From positions 1 to 41,554 of the IMG/VR virus record IMGVR_UViG_3300016484_000328: 41,554 bases of DNA; one strand, given 5' to 3'. Source of the DNA: a virus. Taxonomy: Duplodnaviria; Caudoviricetes. Positions 8,548 to 16,479 of the stretch are shown piece by piece (within the stretch, counting starts at the first letter, position 1; every line of letters begins with the position of its first letter). The position numbers and the translations under genes were made by a program. A model generated the notes under the pieces. That model made no database searches, had not been told where the DNA came from, and saw only the letters and a program-made list of their open reading frames with translations.

Positions 8548-8799
8548 ATGACACGCGATGAAGTGATTGAGGTGATGGCGCGGGCCGCTCTGGACAGCAT
8601 AAACGCAGAGCAGGTTTACATAGGCTCTGGTGACATATCCAATGACATAACCATCGATGGAGATGTTTCTTTTCTGGGCATGGCAACCGCCGTCCTGTCC
8701 GTCATTGAAGCCATGCTCTGCGTTTACCCAAAAGGAGGCATGAATGACACAAGAGCAATTGATTTCGTCAACAAGCCAGAAATTAGCAGATATTGTTGA
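8548..8799 (+). CDS. hypothetical protein
   Basis: AAGGAGG RBS; MTRDEVIEVMARA. Confidence 0.55.
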   Translation: MTRDEVIEVMARAALDSINAEQVYIGSGDISNDITIDGDVSFLGMATAVLSVIEAMLCVYPKGGMNDTRAIDFVNKPEISRYC

Positions 8800-9007
8800 C
8801 CAATATATCCGAGAAAGCGCGAACCCGCCTGAAACATTTGAAGAAATTATGGACTATACGGTGGCCGCCATTGAAGCCGCTGGCTTTGACATTGTGCCAA
8901 AGTCCTCGACCGCAGCATCATGGAAACCGCAGTCGATAGGAACAGCAGATCGGTTTGAAGAAATTAGCAGTAGCCGGATTGTCGCACGCAGCGTTTCGGG
9001 TCTTTGA
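8744..9007 (+). CDS. hypothetical protein
   Basis: AAGGAGG RBS; AAIEAAGFDIVP motif common in phage early genes. Confidence 0.55.
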   Translation: MTQEQLISSTSQKLADIVDQYIRESANPPETFEEIMDYTVAAIEAAGFDIVPKSSTAASWKPQSIGTADRFEEISSSRIVARSVSGL

Positions 9008-9010
9008 AAA

Positions 9011-9340
9011 TCAGCCCTTCACCGCTGCCATAACCGCGTCCATGACGGCTTTCTTGACCTTGGCCACCTCTGATTCACTCAGATCAGCGGCCCTTGCCAA
9101 AACGGCCTCTCTTGGGAATGCAGGGGCCGGAATATCGGCAAAGCGTTCGCCAAGTTTGCCACGCGATTGCAAGAGGCTATATGCCCATTTGAACAAAGCA
9201 GCAGCGGCAATGTTTTCCTTGACCTCGCCAGCGGCTCTAGCCTTGGCTTCCATGGCGTCGAGTTCGGCAAGTTGCATCCTTGCCAGTTCCAATTGACGTT
9301 CGATTTCAGCGCGGCTTTTCCCGGCGTATGGGTTTTCCAT
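9011..9340 (-). CDS. hypothetical helical protein (divergent moron)
   Basis: GGAGG RBS inside hairpin 9348-9368; coiled-coil N-terminus. Confidence 0.65.
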   Translation of the reverse strand: MENPYAGKSRAEIERQLELARMQLAELDAMEAKARAAGEVKENIAAAALFKWAYSLLQSRGKLGERFADIPAPAFPREAVLARAADLSESEVAKVKKAVMDAVMAAVKG

Positions 9341-9384
9341 TTTGTGTCCCTCCTACAGGATTGGAGGGTTTAAGCACTGGAAAT

Positions 9385-9416
9385 GGCTTGATGCAAGTAT
9401 GTTTCAAATATATGGT
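9385..9416 (+). promoter_or_regulatory. promoter copy 1: TTGATG-N17-TATGGT
   Basis: GGCTTGATGCAAG...TATGGT, same elements as 9767-9798. Confidence 0.6.
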
Positions 9417-9422
9417 TTCACG

Positions 9423-9773
9423 ATGGTCGCGCTTCACAACAAAAAACTAACAACGCAGGATGTGTTCCTGGGCATACTTTGGACGGAAAGGCAAGTTATT
9501 GAATTCCGACGTGGCGAAGAGATACGCCTAATAAATGAAGGATATTCGCATATCGAAGCCATTTTGATGGCGGCTGAATTGACAAGGAAGCGGCTGCACG
9601 CGCAACCTAATTTGCGTGCTCGACAGAACGTTATGCAATCGATCAGACCTGTGAAATATGCGCACAGTCTTTCGTTCTCCGAAGAGGAAATCGATTGGCT
9701 TTTGGAAAAACTAGAAGGGGTTAATGACCCAATCGGCGTTGACATTCTAGATAAGATTCGCGCCAAGGCTTGA
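9423..9773 (+). CDS. hypothetical protein, probably leaderless
   Basis: ATG 7 nt after the -10 element; 116 aa. Confidence 0.55.
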   Translation: MVALHNKKLTTQDVFLGILWTERQVIEFRRGEEIRLINEGYSHIEAILMAAELTRKRLHAQPNLRARQNVMQSIRPVKYAHSLSFSEEEIDWLLEKLEGVNDPIGVDILDKIRAKA

Positions 9774-9798
9774 TGCAAGATGGCTTGTGATGTATGGT
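9767..9798 (+). promoter_or_regulatory. promoter copy 2: TTGATG-N17-TATGGT, upstream of the tRNA-like RNA
   Basis: Same -35/-10 as copy 1; predicted TSS ~9805. Confidence 0.6.
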
Positions 9799-9805
9799 TA
9801 TTGAA

Positions 9806-9940
9806 GTGACGGTGACACGGATGGACGTGCAGCTCACAGCGGCAACGCTGGCATATGAAACGGTTCTCTCCACTGGCTGATCACCAGTTATGCCAGCCGA
9901 TCAGAGATGCGCCAGCAGGTATCAAGCCCTGCCCGTCACA
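9806..9940 (+). ncRNA. tRNA-like RNA with expanded anticodon arm
   Basis: Acceptor stem GTGACGG/CCGTCAC + A; D-arm CAC/GTG with GG in loop; T-arm GCAGG-TATCAAGC-CCTGC; ~60 extra structured nt. Confidence 0.6.
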
Positions 9941-10030
9941 TGAGTTCCGGTGAAAGCCGGTAGCATCTGCGATGATCTGGACGGTGGTATGCGCGGAACC
10001 GTTAAAGCATCTGCGGGCACATTAAGAGGC

Positions 10031-10195
10031 CTACAGGTGAAGCCGTCCAGACACCCACCTCCAAACCACCTTTGCAAGCCATTCCATCAAGGCCCTTTGC
10101 CCCGGAATAGGCTTTCCAAACATTCTCAATATGACCAATGCAGCCGCTAGATCAGCAGCAAAGAAGATAGCCGTTCCAACTAGACCATTGCCCAT
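10031..10195 (-). CDS. small membrane protein
   Basis: MGNGLVGTAIFFAADLAAALVILRMFG...; overlaps upstream gene end. Confidence 0.5.
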   Translation of the reverse strand: MGNGLVGTAIFFAADLAAALVILRMFGKPIPGQRALMEWLAKVVWRWVSGRLHL

Positions 10196-10605
10196 GCCGA
10201 CCGCCGATTCTGCCAAAAGCAGACAAACAGCGTGAGCGCTTGGACATGTTGCAGAACTGATAAATAGTTCCAAAAATTCATGCGAAGGCCTAGCCTGATT
10301 TCAGGCGAGAGTATACCCGCGATTGCAAGCCCGTCCAATGCCAGCATGAGAAAGAAACACAGGCCAACCGTTCTCCCAAAATTGGTTTCACTGTATGCCA
10401 GCAGCAGAAGCGCTAGGCCCGTATGGAGCAATGCAAGGGCATGGATTGGATTGTCAAAGACGTGGATGAAATACCTTGCCGCAACGAGATGCACGGCAAG
10501 GAAAAGGACAGTGACATGCCATCGCCATTTCGACCCGCCAAACCAGAAAGAAGCGGCAAAAAGCGCAATGACGATGGTCAGGTCTAGCTTGTCAAAAAAG
10601 GTCAT
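10180..10605 (-). CDS. multi-pass membrane protein
   Basis: Several hydrophobic segments; ATGA coupling. Confidence 0.65.
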   Translation of the reverse strand: MTFFDKLDLTIVIALFAASFWFGGSKWRWHVTVLFLAVHLVAARYFIHVFDNPIHALALLHTGLALLLLAYSETNFGRTVGLCFFLMLALDGLAIAGILSPEIRLGLRMNFWNYLSVLQHVQALTLFVCFWQNRRSAWAMV

Positions 10606-10829
10606 CGCGTGATGTGCTTAACCGCCCACATAACGGCTTCTTCAATCTTTGTTTTTGCCAAAGACAATTCGCGCGATTGCCCCATTCCGTCCACAAGGTC
10701 ATGGAATGATAGGCCCATGTCTTTTATTGACGCCATGTTACCCTTTTCAGCGTCTGAAAGGACACGATACGCATGCCGCATCGTGTTATTAATTACCCGG
10801 TTATCCGAGGTGTTATCAACGGTAGTCAT
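10602..10829 (-). CDS. Acb2/Tad1-like nucleotide-sponge protein
   Basis: YRVLSDAEKGNMASIKDMG...RELSLAKTKIEEAVMWAVKHIT, resembling the Acb2 helical hairpin. Confidence 0.6.
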   Translation of the reverse strand: MTTVDNTSDNRVINNTMRHAYRVLSDAEKGNMASIKDMGLSFHDLVDGMGQSRELSLAKTKIEEAVMWAVKHITR

Positions 10830-10877
10830 TTTATGTGCCTTCTTGGTTCACATTGCCGGATGCCGTCCGACGCGGAT

Positions 10878-11156
10878 TTATTTGCCCGTGCGCGGCCTTG
10901 GGAACGACGCGGTATTATACGCCGCCAATGCAGCCGAGTGAAGCTGTGCAAGTCTCAGCTTTTCACGGGCGTTTGCTTTCATGGCATCGGACAGATTCTT
11001 GCCTGCCTTCGCCGCTGCCGTGGCATCGTAATTGGCCTCGAAAGCCGGGTCCGAAAGCTGGTCGATCTCAGCAAGCAAGACCCCGACTTCCGCCGCTTTG
11101 ACTTCGGCCTGATTAAGCCGGACAGCGATTTCATGTTCAATTTCGATAGGCGTCAT
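10878..11156 (-). CDS. hypothetical protein
   Basis: AAGGA RBS; ATGA coupling. Confidence 0.6.
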   Translation of the reverse strand: MTPIEIEHEIAVRLNQAEVKAAEVGVLLAEIDQLSDPAFEANYDATAAAKAGKNLSDAMKANAREKLRLAQLHSAALAAYNTASFPRPRTGK

Positions 11157-11506
11157 TCTTGTGTTTCCTTTCCATTGGATTCGATTTTCGCAGCGCCGAT
11201 ATTGACGCTTACGTCTGCATGTTCAATTCGCCAGAACACCACTTTCAACAGCGGCTCGACAAGGAATCCGCTCAGGAAACATGCGGCGGCAAACACCCAT
11301 ATTTCATTCAATATCGCCGGAAAGACGACTGTTGACGCAACAATAGCGCACCAGCCAACAATACCAGAAACAACCTTTTGCGTGAAGGTCTTGAGCCGGT
11401 AATCCCCATCCGCGACCCATCGGGCTACCCCGCCCGCAACAGCCGCACCGCCTGCATATGCAGCCGCTTTCCCCGATAGCATCACTTCGATTCCTTCCAT
11501 TTGCAA
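11153..11506 (-). CDS. membrane protein, possible second holin
   Basis: Three hydrophobic segments and charged C-terminus, at end of lysis cassette. Confidence 0.55.
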   Translation of the reverse strand: MQMEGIEVMLSGKAAAYAGGAAVAGGVARWVADGDYRLKTFTQKVVSGIVGWCAIVASTVVFPAILNEIWVFAAACFLSGFLVEPLLKVVFWRIEHADVSVNIGAAKIESNGKETQE

Positions 11507-11679
11507 AGCCTTTCGCCCTTTTCATTCCTGTCTAGGATGCGCCGCGCCGTGTCGGCTGGCAGGGCGTCAATCTGTGATGCTGTCAGATATTCAGGCCGTT
11601 CAATCTGGCAGAAGTTGCCGCCTGTGGTTTGGCAAGCGGAAACCATAATCATGAGTGCAAGCGCTAGAGCTTTTGCCAT
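11482..11679 (-). CDS. o-spanin (Rz1-like lipoprotein)
   Basis: Lipobox VSA-C; overlaps i-spanin end. Confidence 0.7.
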   Translation of the reverse strand: MAKALALALMIMVSACQTTGGNFCQIERPEYLTASQIDALPADTARRILDRNEKGERLCKWKESK

Positions 11680-11900
11680 TTTGCCTTGAGCCTTTCCTTT
11701 ACCTGTTCATCGGAAAGACGGGCGTTGTCCGCCTCAATCGTGCGGGCCGTGTCGGCAGATTTTGCATCCTTGGCAATCTGGTTATCCCGGCCCGCCTTGA
11801 ATGCAGAGCGATAGGCCGTAAAGGCCGCTGTAAGCGTCACCAGAGCGAGGGCAATGTATTTACCGAGTGCTGAGGTCAGGAAGGCGAGAATGGCGCTCAC
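11664..11900 (-). CDS. i-spanin (Rz-like)
   Basis: N-terminal TM segment plus helical periplasmic tail; precedes lipoprotein. Confidence 0.65.
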   Translation of the reverse strand: MSAILAFLTSALGKYIALALVTLTAAFTAYRSAFKAGRDNQIAKDAKSADTARTIEADNARLSDEQVKERLKAKWQKL

Positions 11901-11901
11901 G

Positions 11902-12114
11902 TCATTTCACCGGGGGCTGTTCTTTGGCCAGCCCTGTGAAACCATCACGGGCGACGTTCACAAGAATCTTGGCGAGGCCGAGTGCGGACACAATTTTGAG
12001 CGCATTCTCAGGGCCGACAAGCGGCATCCAGTCGAGTGTTTCAAGCGCGGGAAGTGCTACAATCGCCACGTTCAGGACGTTGTGCAGCAAGTTGGTGTTG
12101 AGCCATTTGGGCAT
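11902..12114 (-). CDS. holin-like membrane protein
   Basis: 70 aa, two TM segments, downstream of endolysin. Confidence 0.55.
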   Translation of the reverse strand: MPKWLNTNLLHNVLNVAIVALPALETLDWMPLVGPENALKIVSALGLAKILVNVARDGFTGLAKEQPPVK

Positions 12115-12125
12115 GGGAATTTCCT

Positions 12126-12155
12126 TTGCTAGTTGGCACTAGTTTTTGCTATACT
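12126..12155 (+). promoter_or_regulatory. promoter antisense to the late operon, with palindrome
   Basis: TTGCTA-N18-TATACT; CTAGT-TGGC-ACTAG at 12129-12142. Confidence 0.5.
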
Positions 12156-12161
12156 TTGCGG

Positions 12162-12267
12162 GTGACGGCGTAGCCGCAAACCGTATGTTGCGGCTTCCGG
12201 TTAATTGATAGACGAAGCGCTGGTTAGCTATCAGGCGAAAGCCCCGAACGGCCCGTCGTCACTTTTT
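12162..12267 (+). ncRNA. putative ~100-nt multi-branched structured RNA
   Basis: Closing stem GTGACGGCG/CGTCGTCAC then TTTTT; three internal hairpins, one with a GAAA tetraloop. Confidence 0.5.
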
Positions 12268-12921
12268 GCCAAACACTTTCAGAATGAAGGCGATAATCGC
12301 AGCGATTGGGGATTTCCGAACAACTGGCGTTTCCAGCGGCAGAAGTTCCTTGACCAGATCAGCCGCAGGCTTTGCAGGTTCCGGCACTACAGGTGAAAGC
12401 AAAAGCGCTCTGGCCAAATCAACGCGCTTCCCGCTTGCCCACAGAACCTTGCCTTGAGGCGTTGCGGGGTAGAGTGTGGCAAACGCTTCCGGGTAAACAC
12501 CGCTCTTGAACAGGGCCTTCTCGGCCATGCGACGAGGCTTGATTTCAGGCGGGTTCACCCAAGCGTCAAAGCCCTTCGCCGCGCCTTCAAAATCGCCAGA
12601 GTTGATCTTTTTGACCAGAGTAGCCTTGCCAATTGCGCCGGTATTGTAGTGGAATGATACCAGAGCGTCGAACTGGTGTTGCGCCAGCGGGACTTTTACT
12701 GCCTTGTCTACAGCAGCCTCATACCGGGCAACATCATGCCGAAGCATATCGAACACTTCCCGCATGGTGAGCGTCCCGTTGAACTTGGCAGGGTCAATGC
12801 CGCCCGCCGCCGCTGTGTGGCCAACCCCGATTGTCCAGACACCTACGCTGTCCTTGTAGCGTGATTGCACAATACCCTCATGGGCTATTAGCGCCATCAG
12901 GCCCTTGTCAGAAAGTTTCAT
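12259..12921 (-). CDS. endolysin, GH24 (T4-like) lysozyme
   Basis: HEG...YKDSVGVWTIGVGHT (E-D-T triad); QFDALVSFHYNTG. Confidence 0.9.
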   Translation of the reverse strand: MKLSDKGLMALIAHEGIVQSRYKDSVGVWTIGVGHTAAAGGIDPAKFNGTLTMREVFDMLRHDVARYEAAVDKAVKVPLAQHQFDALVSFHYNTGAIGKATLVKKINSGDFEGAAKGFDAWVNPPEIKPRRMAEKALFKSGVYPEAFATLYPATPQGKVLWASGKRVDLARALLLSPVVPEPAKPAADLVKELLPLETPVVRKSPIAAIIAFILKVFGKK

Positions 12922-12949
12922 GGCTTCGCGTCCCGTATCAAACGTTTAA

Positions 12950-15499
12950 TCAGGTCAAGTCAGTAACGAATGCGCGCACCGTGCCGCTGGCAAGGTCGAT
13001 AGTCGCGCCGCCCGCCGGGCATCGGAATTGGTAGCTGACAGTGTTTGCCGCGCTTACCCAAGCCGCTAGCTCAATGCCTTGGAGATTGAGTGAGAACGTT
13101 GCCACGACAGCATCGCCGAGTGCCGCGCCGGTAACGGTCATTGTCTGGACCGTATCGACCACACCAGCCGCCAATGACGGCGGGTTATATGTAGCCGAGC
13201 CTTCAAGGATTGCCTTGTTGGCATACAATGGCCGTGACACGAATGTTGGTGGTGAATAGGCGAACGTTGCACCTGCCAAGGTAGCCCCGGCAAAAGCGGC
13301 GCTGAGATAAACATCCGTCCCATCAATTTTCAGGATTTCATGGACAACAGCCGAGCCGGTCAACGTTACAAACTGTCCCTCACGCAATGAAGGTGTTGCG
13401 TCAACGACATTGGCGACCAGCCTTGACCCATTTGTCACATCGCCGGTCACGCTCGTCAATGTTCCATACGATCCCGAAACCGAACACTCCAGACGCTGGA
13501 CTGACTGCCCGGAGACGGACAGAAGGACGTGCGACCCGATTTTCCAATGACCGGCAGTCGGTGCAGCGGAAACGGTCTGGTTAGTCCACACCGCCGTTGA
13601 GCCGGACCTGATCAGCGGGACGCGATTTCTGGCAATGTTGTCGCTGCCAAAGAAATTTGTGTGGGAAATGAACTCCCCGCCGACAGCGGCACCTTCTGAC
13701 CAGAATCCAGTGTTCAAACTTGTTCCAGACGTGTGGTCATCCGATGGAGCAACCGCAATGCTGTCCATGATGCTGATGTTTTCGAGATAGCGGCCAGCGC
13801 CAGCAGTTGCGATTGTGATCGCCGCGTAGGAGCGCCCGGATATGTCAATGAAGCTATTCCCAGCCGCCTTAACCCCGCGAACCCCGTAGATACCCACACA
13901 TCCGAATTGCGGGCGCGATCCCATGAACGTATTGTCTTTTACCGTAAAGTTGACGCCGTTTTTGCTGCCAACGGCACCGATCAAAAATCCGCCGCGATAA
14001 GAGGCGGATTGGATCGGGTTAAGACGTGACGTGTTACCAATTACCTCGACAGCCTTGAGCGCGCCAAGGTTCAGATCATGCGTGATAGTGTTTAGGAAAC
14101 GGTTGCGGATGAATTTGATGTCATCATCTTGGCTTCCATAGTTTTTGAGTGCGGTCGAGCACGTAAAGCCCATGTAACAAAGTTCAAAGTCATTGTTTTC
14201 GACCAGAACTTTTCCGATGTTATCGCCAACCTGAGACGTGTTGAAATAGGTGATCGCTGCCGTGTTGACACTATCGCAATCATAAAATTTGTTGTTGATG
14301 ATATTGATTTTCCGGCAAATCGAAAACGAATTGTTGGGTTCAATGTCGATTGCGCCGACTGACGATGAAAGAACCGCATTGCCAATTCGGGCAAAGTAGC
14401 AATTCTCAACTGTAATGCCGTCGCTATCAATAATTGACAGGCCGTTCCGATTGTCTTTGATAAGGCCGTCATAAACGCAATCTCTGATCACAAAATTGAC
14501 GTTATGACGCTCGCTGGACGTTCCAACGGCAACACCGGCCATATATGTGCCATCGCCGCGATTGCCTTTGAAATGTACTCTTTCGATAAAGCCGTTGCTG
14601 CACCCGGCAAATGTAGAAAGGTGGGTGAATGGCGTGTATCCGAGAATATCAACCGCGCCATAAAGCGTAATATCGCGTATTGACACGCTTTCCAGATTGT
14701 CCGCCGCTGCCGTGCCAGCACCTTCAAAATAGAACATGCCGCGTGTTCCGTAAGTGCCATCGGCCTGCACAACGGTTTCAAACATTCCGTCACCTGAGAC
14801 GTGCCCATAGTTAGGGCCGGTCGCATTGCTGAATTTTACGCCGGGCAGCCCAATGAGATAGGGGCCTGATCCGGGGAAGTGGCAATGGCCAACATGATTC
14901 GCCGCTTTTTGAGCCGCCGTTACATTGTCGGTAATCCCGTCACCCAACCCACCGTAGGCGCGAACGTCTCCAAGTTTTGGAGTATGTTCAACATACAGTT
15001 TCACGCCACCATCGGTCGCAATATGGTGATCGGACGCACCAGATGCCGCGACAAGATAGACGAAGCCTTCCGAGCGGGTTCGGATATAATCACCAGCATC
15101 AATGTTGCTGTATGACAAGCCCGTGTCAGCGAGCAAAAGCGTCACTGTGTTGAAGTCGTATTTGAAGCCTTCAACGCCAGCAGTGGACCCGCCAAGTGTG
15201 GCTAGTTGGTCATTCGCGGTGGCGTCATCGACAAGCGCGCGGCCTGCGGCAGTAAAATCAGCCAATGCAGCCGTACCGGAGCCGGTAAAATAGGGCAGCT
15301 TGTCGGCGGCGCTTGTCAGGCCAGCAAGAGCCGTTAGTTCGGCGTCTTCGTCCTGTTTTCCATCGGCAAATTCCATCACTTCCGTAAGTGACGCCTCGAT
15401 ATCTTGGAGCGGTGTATTGTGCTGGCTCGCCGCCGAAAGCACACCATCAGACACGAGTGATCCTGCCGGTAAGGCATACGTAGTTCCGGTGAAAGGCAT
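12950..15499 (-). CDS. tailspike / depolymerase (pectate-lyase-like beta-helix)
   Basis: True start MPFTGTTY with AAGGA RBS; DVRAYGGLGDGITDNVTAAQKA beta-helix cap; repeated NxF strands. Confidence 0.8.
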   Translation of the reverse strand: MPFTGTTYALPAGSLVSDGVLSAASQHNTPLQDIEASLTEVMEFADGKQDEDAELTALAGLTSAADKLPYFTGSGTAALADFTAAGRALVDDATANDQLATLGGSTAGVEGFKYDFNTVTLLLADTGLSYSNIDAGDYIRTRSEGFVYLVAASGASDHHIATDGGVKLYVEHTPKLGDVRAYGGLGDGITDNVTAAQKAANHVGHCHFPGSGPYLIGLPGVKFSNATGPNYGHVSGDGMFETVVQADGTYGTRGMFYFEGAGTAAADNLESVSIRDITLYGAVDILGYTPFTHLSTFAGCSNGFIERVHFKGNRGDGTYMAGVAVGTSSERHNVNFVIRDCVYDGLIKDNRNGLSIIDSDGITVENCYFARIGNAVLSSSVGAIDIEPNNSFSICRKINIINNKFYDCDSVNTAAITYFNTSQVGDNIGKVLVENNDFELCYMGFTCSTALKNYGSQDDDIKFIRNRFLNTITHDLNLGALKAVEVIGNTSRLNPIQSASYRGGFLIGAVGSKNGVNFTVKDNTFMGSRPQFGCVGIYGVRGVKAAGNSFIDISGRSYAAITIATAGAGRYLENISIMDSIAVAPSDDHTSGTSLNTGFWSEGAAVGGEFISHTNFFGSDNIARNRVPLIRSGSTAVWTNQTVSAAPTAGHWKIGSHVLLSVSGQSVQRLECSVSGSYGTLTSVTGDVTNGSRLVANVVDATPSLREGQFVTLTGSAVVHEILKIDGTDVYLSAAFAGATLAGATFAYSPPTFVSRPLYANKAILEGSATYNPPSLAAGVVDTVQTMTVTGAALGDAVVATFSLNLQGIELAAWVSAANTVSYQFRCPAGGATIDLASGTVRAFVTDLT

Positions 15500-15512
15500 T
15501 AGCCTATCCTTT

Positions 15513-16376
15513 TCAGTATTTGATGCAGCAGAGGAACGCGAGGTTGCGCGGGCGGTTTTCAGTTCCGCTGTTGTTGTTGATGACCAGCGTGTGGGTGTGG
15601 TCAGGGGCCGTATCGGTCTCACCGTTGTAGGTAGAGCCGGAGCCGTCGCGGTATTTGGTGACATCGCCAGAGCCGCCGCCGCCCTGAATGCCATGGCTAT
15701 GTGCACCAGCAGCAGAGGCCGTGCCGGTGTGGTTATGCGGGCCGATCATTTCAGTTTGAGCGGACCCAAGGGCGCGGCTTACATCGACAGAAGCGCGACC
15801 ATTGGACAGGCTTCGGATGAACTCGCCTCTGGCGTCAGGGAGAGGAAGACGTTTGTTCGCAGCAAAGTCAGCAGCAGCAGATGCGCCGCGGGTTGTGGCA
15901 ATGCCGCTGCTTGTTTGGATTGGTGAAACGGTGTTGGACGTGTTGTCCCAAATGACAGCAAAGAGTTGGCTTGCGTCTGCGCTGGCTAGTGCTGTTGCCC
16001 CGGATGACGCGGAGCCAATCGTTCGCCCGTCAAGTTCCAGATAGCCGGTAGGAGGCGATAATAGCAGGAACCAATAGACCGATCCGACAGGCGCGGCGTC
16101 ATTCTTGGCAGCGCCGATGTTTGTTCGCGCCTGAGCCTTTTCCGTATCGCTGAAAGATTGGCTGGTAACTGCGCTCACGTATGATGTGAAAGCTGTGCTT
16201 GTGGTAAGTGCGCCAAGGTCCGAAGCGGTAGGGGAAAGGGAGACAGGCCAAGCCGTATTGAACAGGCTATAGACATCCGTCATAATCGTGTTGAATTTTG
16301 TTGACGAAATGGCTGTGCCGGAAACCGCTGATGTGTCAGAAGGCTGAGAGGCAACGCCCAAACCTGAACGAGGCAT
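15513..16376 (-). CDS. tail fiber with tail-collar domain
   Basis: PVGSVYWF...PTGYLELDG...LPLPDARGEFIR...ENRPRNLAFLCCIKY. Confidence 0.8.
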   Translation of the reverse strand: MPRSGLGVASQPSDTSAVSGTAISSTKFNTIMTDVYSLFNTAWPVSLSPTASDLGALTTSTAFTSYVSAVTSQSFSDTEKAQARTNIGAAKNDAAPVGSVYWFLLLSPPTGYLELDGRTIGSASSGATALASADASQLFAVIWDNTSNTVSPIQTSSGIATTRGASAAADFAANKRLPLPDARGEFIRSLSNGRASVDVSRALGSAQTEMIGPHNHTGTASAAGAHSHGIQGGGGSGDVTKYRDGSGSTYNGETDTAPDHTHTLVINNNSGTENRPRNLAFLCCIKY

Positions 16377-16479
16377 TGGCAAATCTCCATGAGTGATTAT
16401 CCCCGCAAGCTGACCGCCGCAGAGTGGATCGCATTAACGATTGTTGTGACTGGCCTTTATGCGGCCAAGCATGGTTGGT

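Noticed and set aside
9806-9940. Canonical tRNA-Ile(GAT) or intron-containing tRNA
   Set aside because: T-loop lacks TTC, the anticodon-like loop is displaced, and the insert is too short for a group I intron
9938-9975. Hammerhead ribozyme suggested by ATGAG-stem-GAAA loop
   Set aside because: Core CUGAnGA and the GAAA after stem II are absent
15500-15706. N-terminal extension of the 918-aa tailspike ORF, suggesting a frameshift fusion with the collar fiber
   Set aside because: Good RBS and anchor-like start at 15499; no slippery sequence seen
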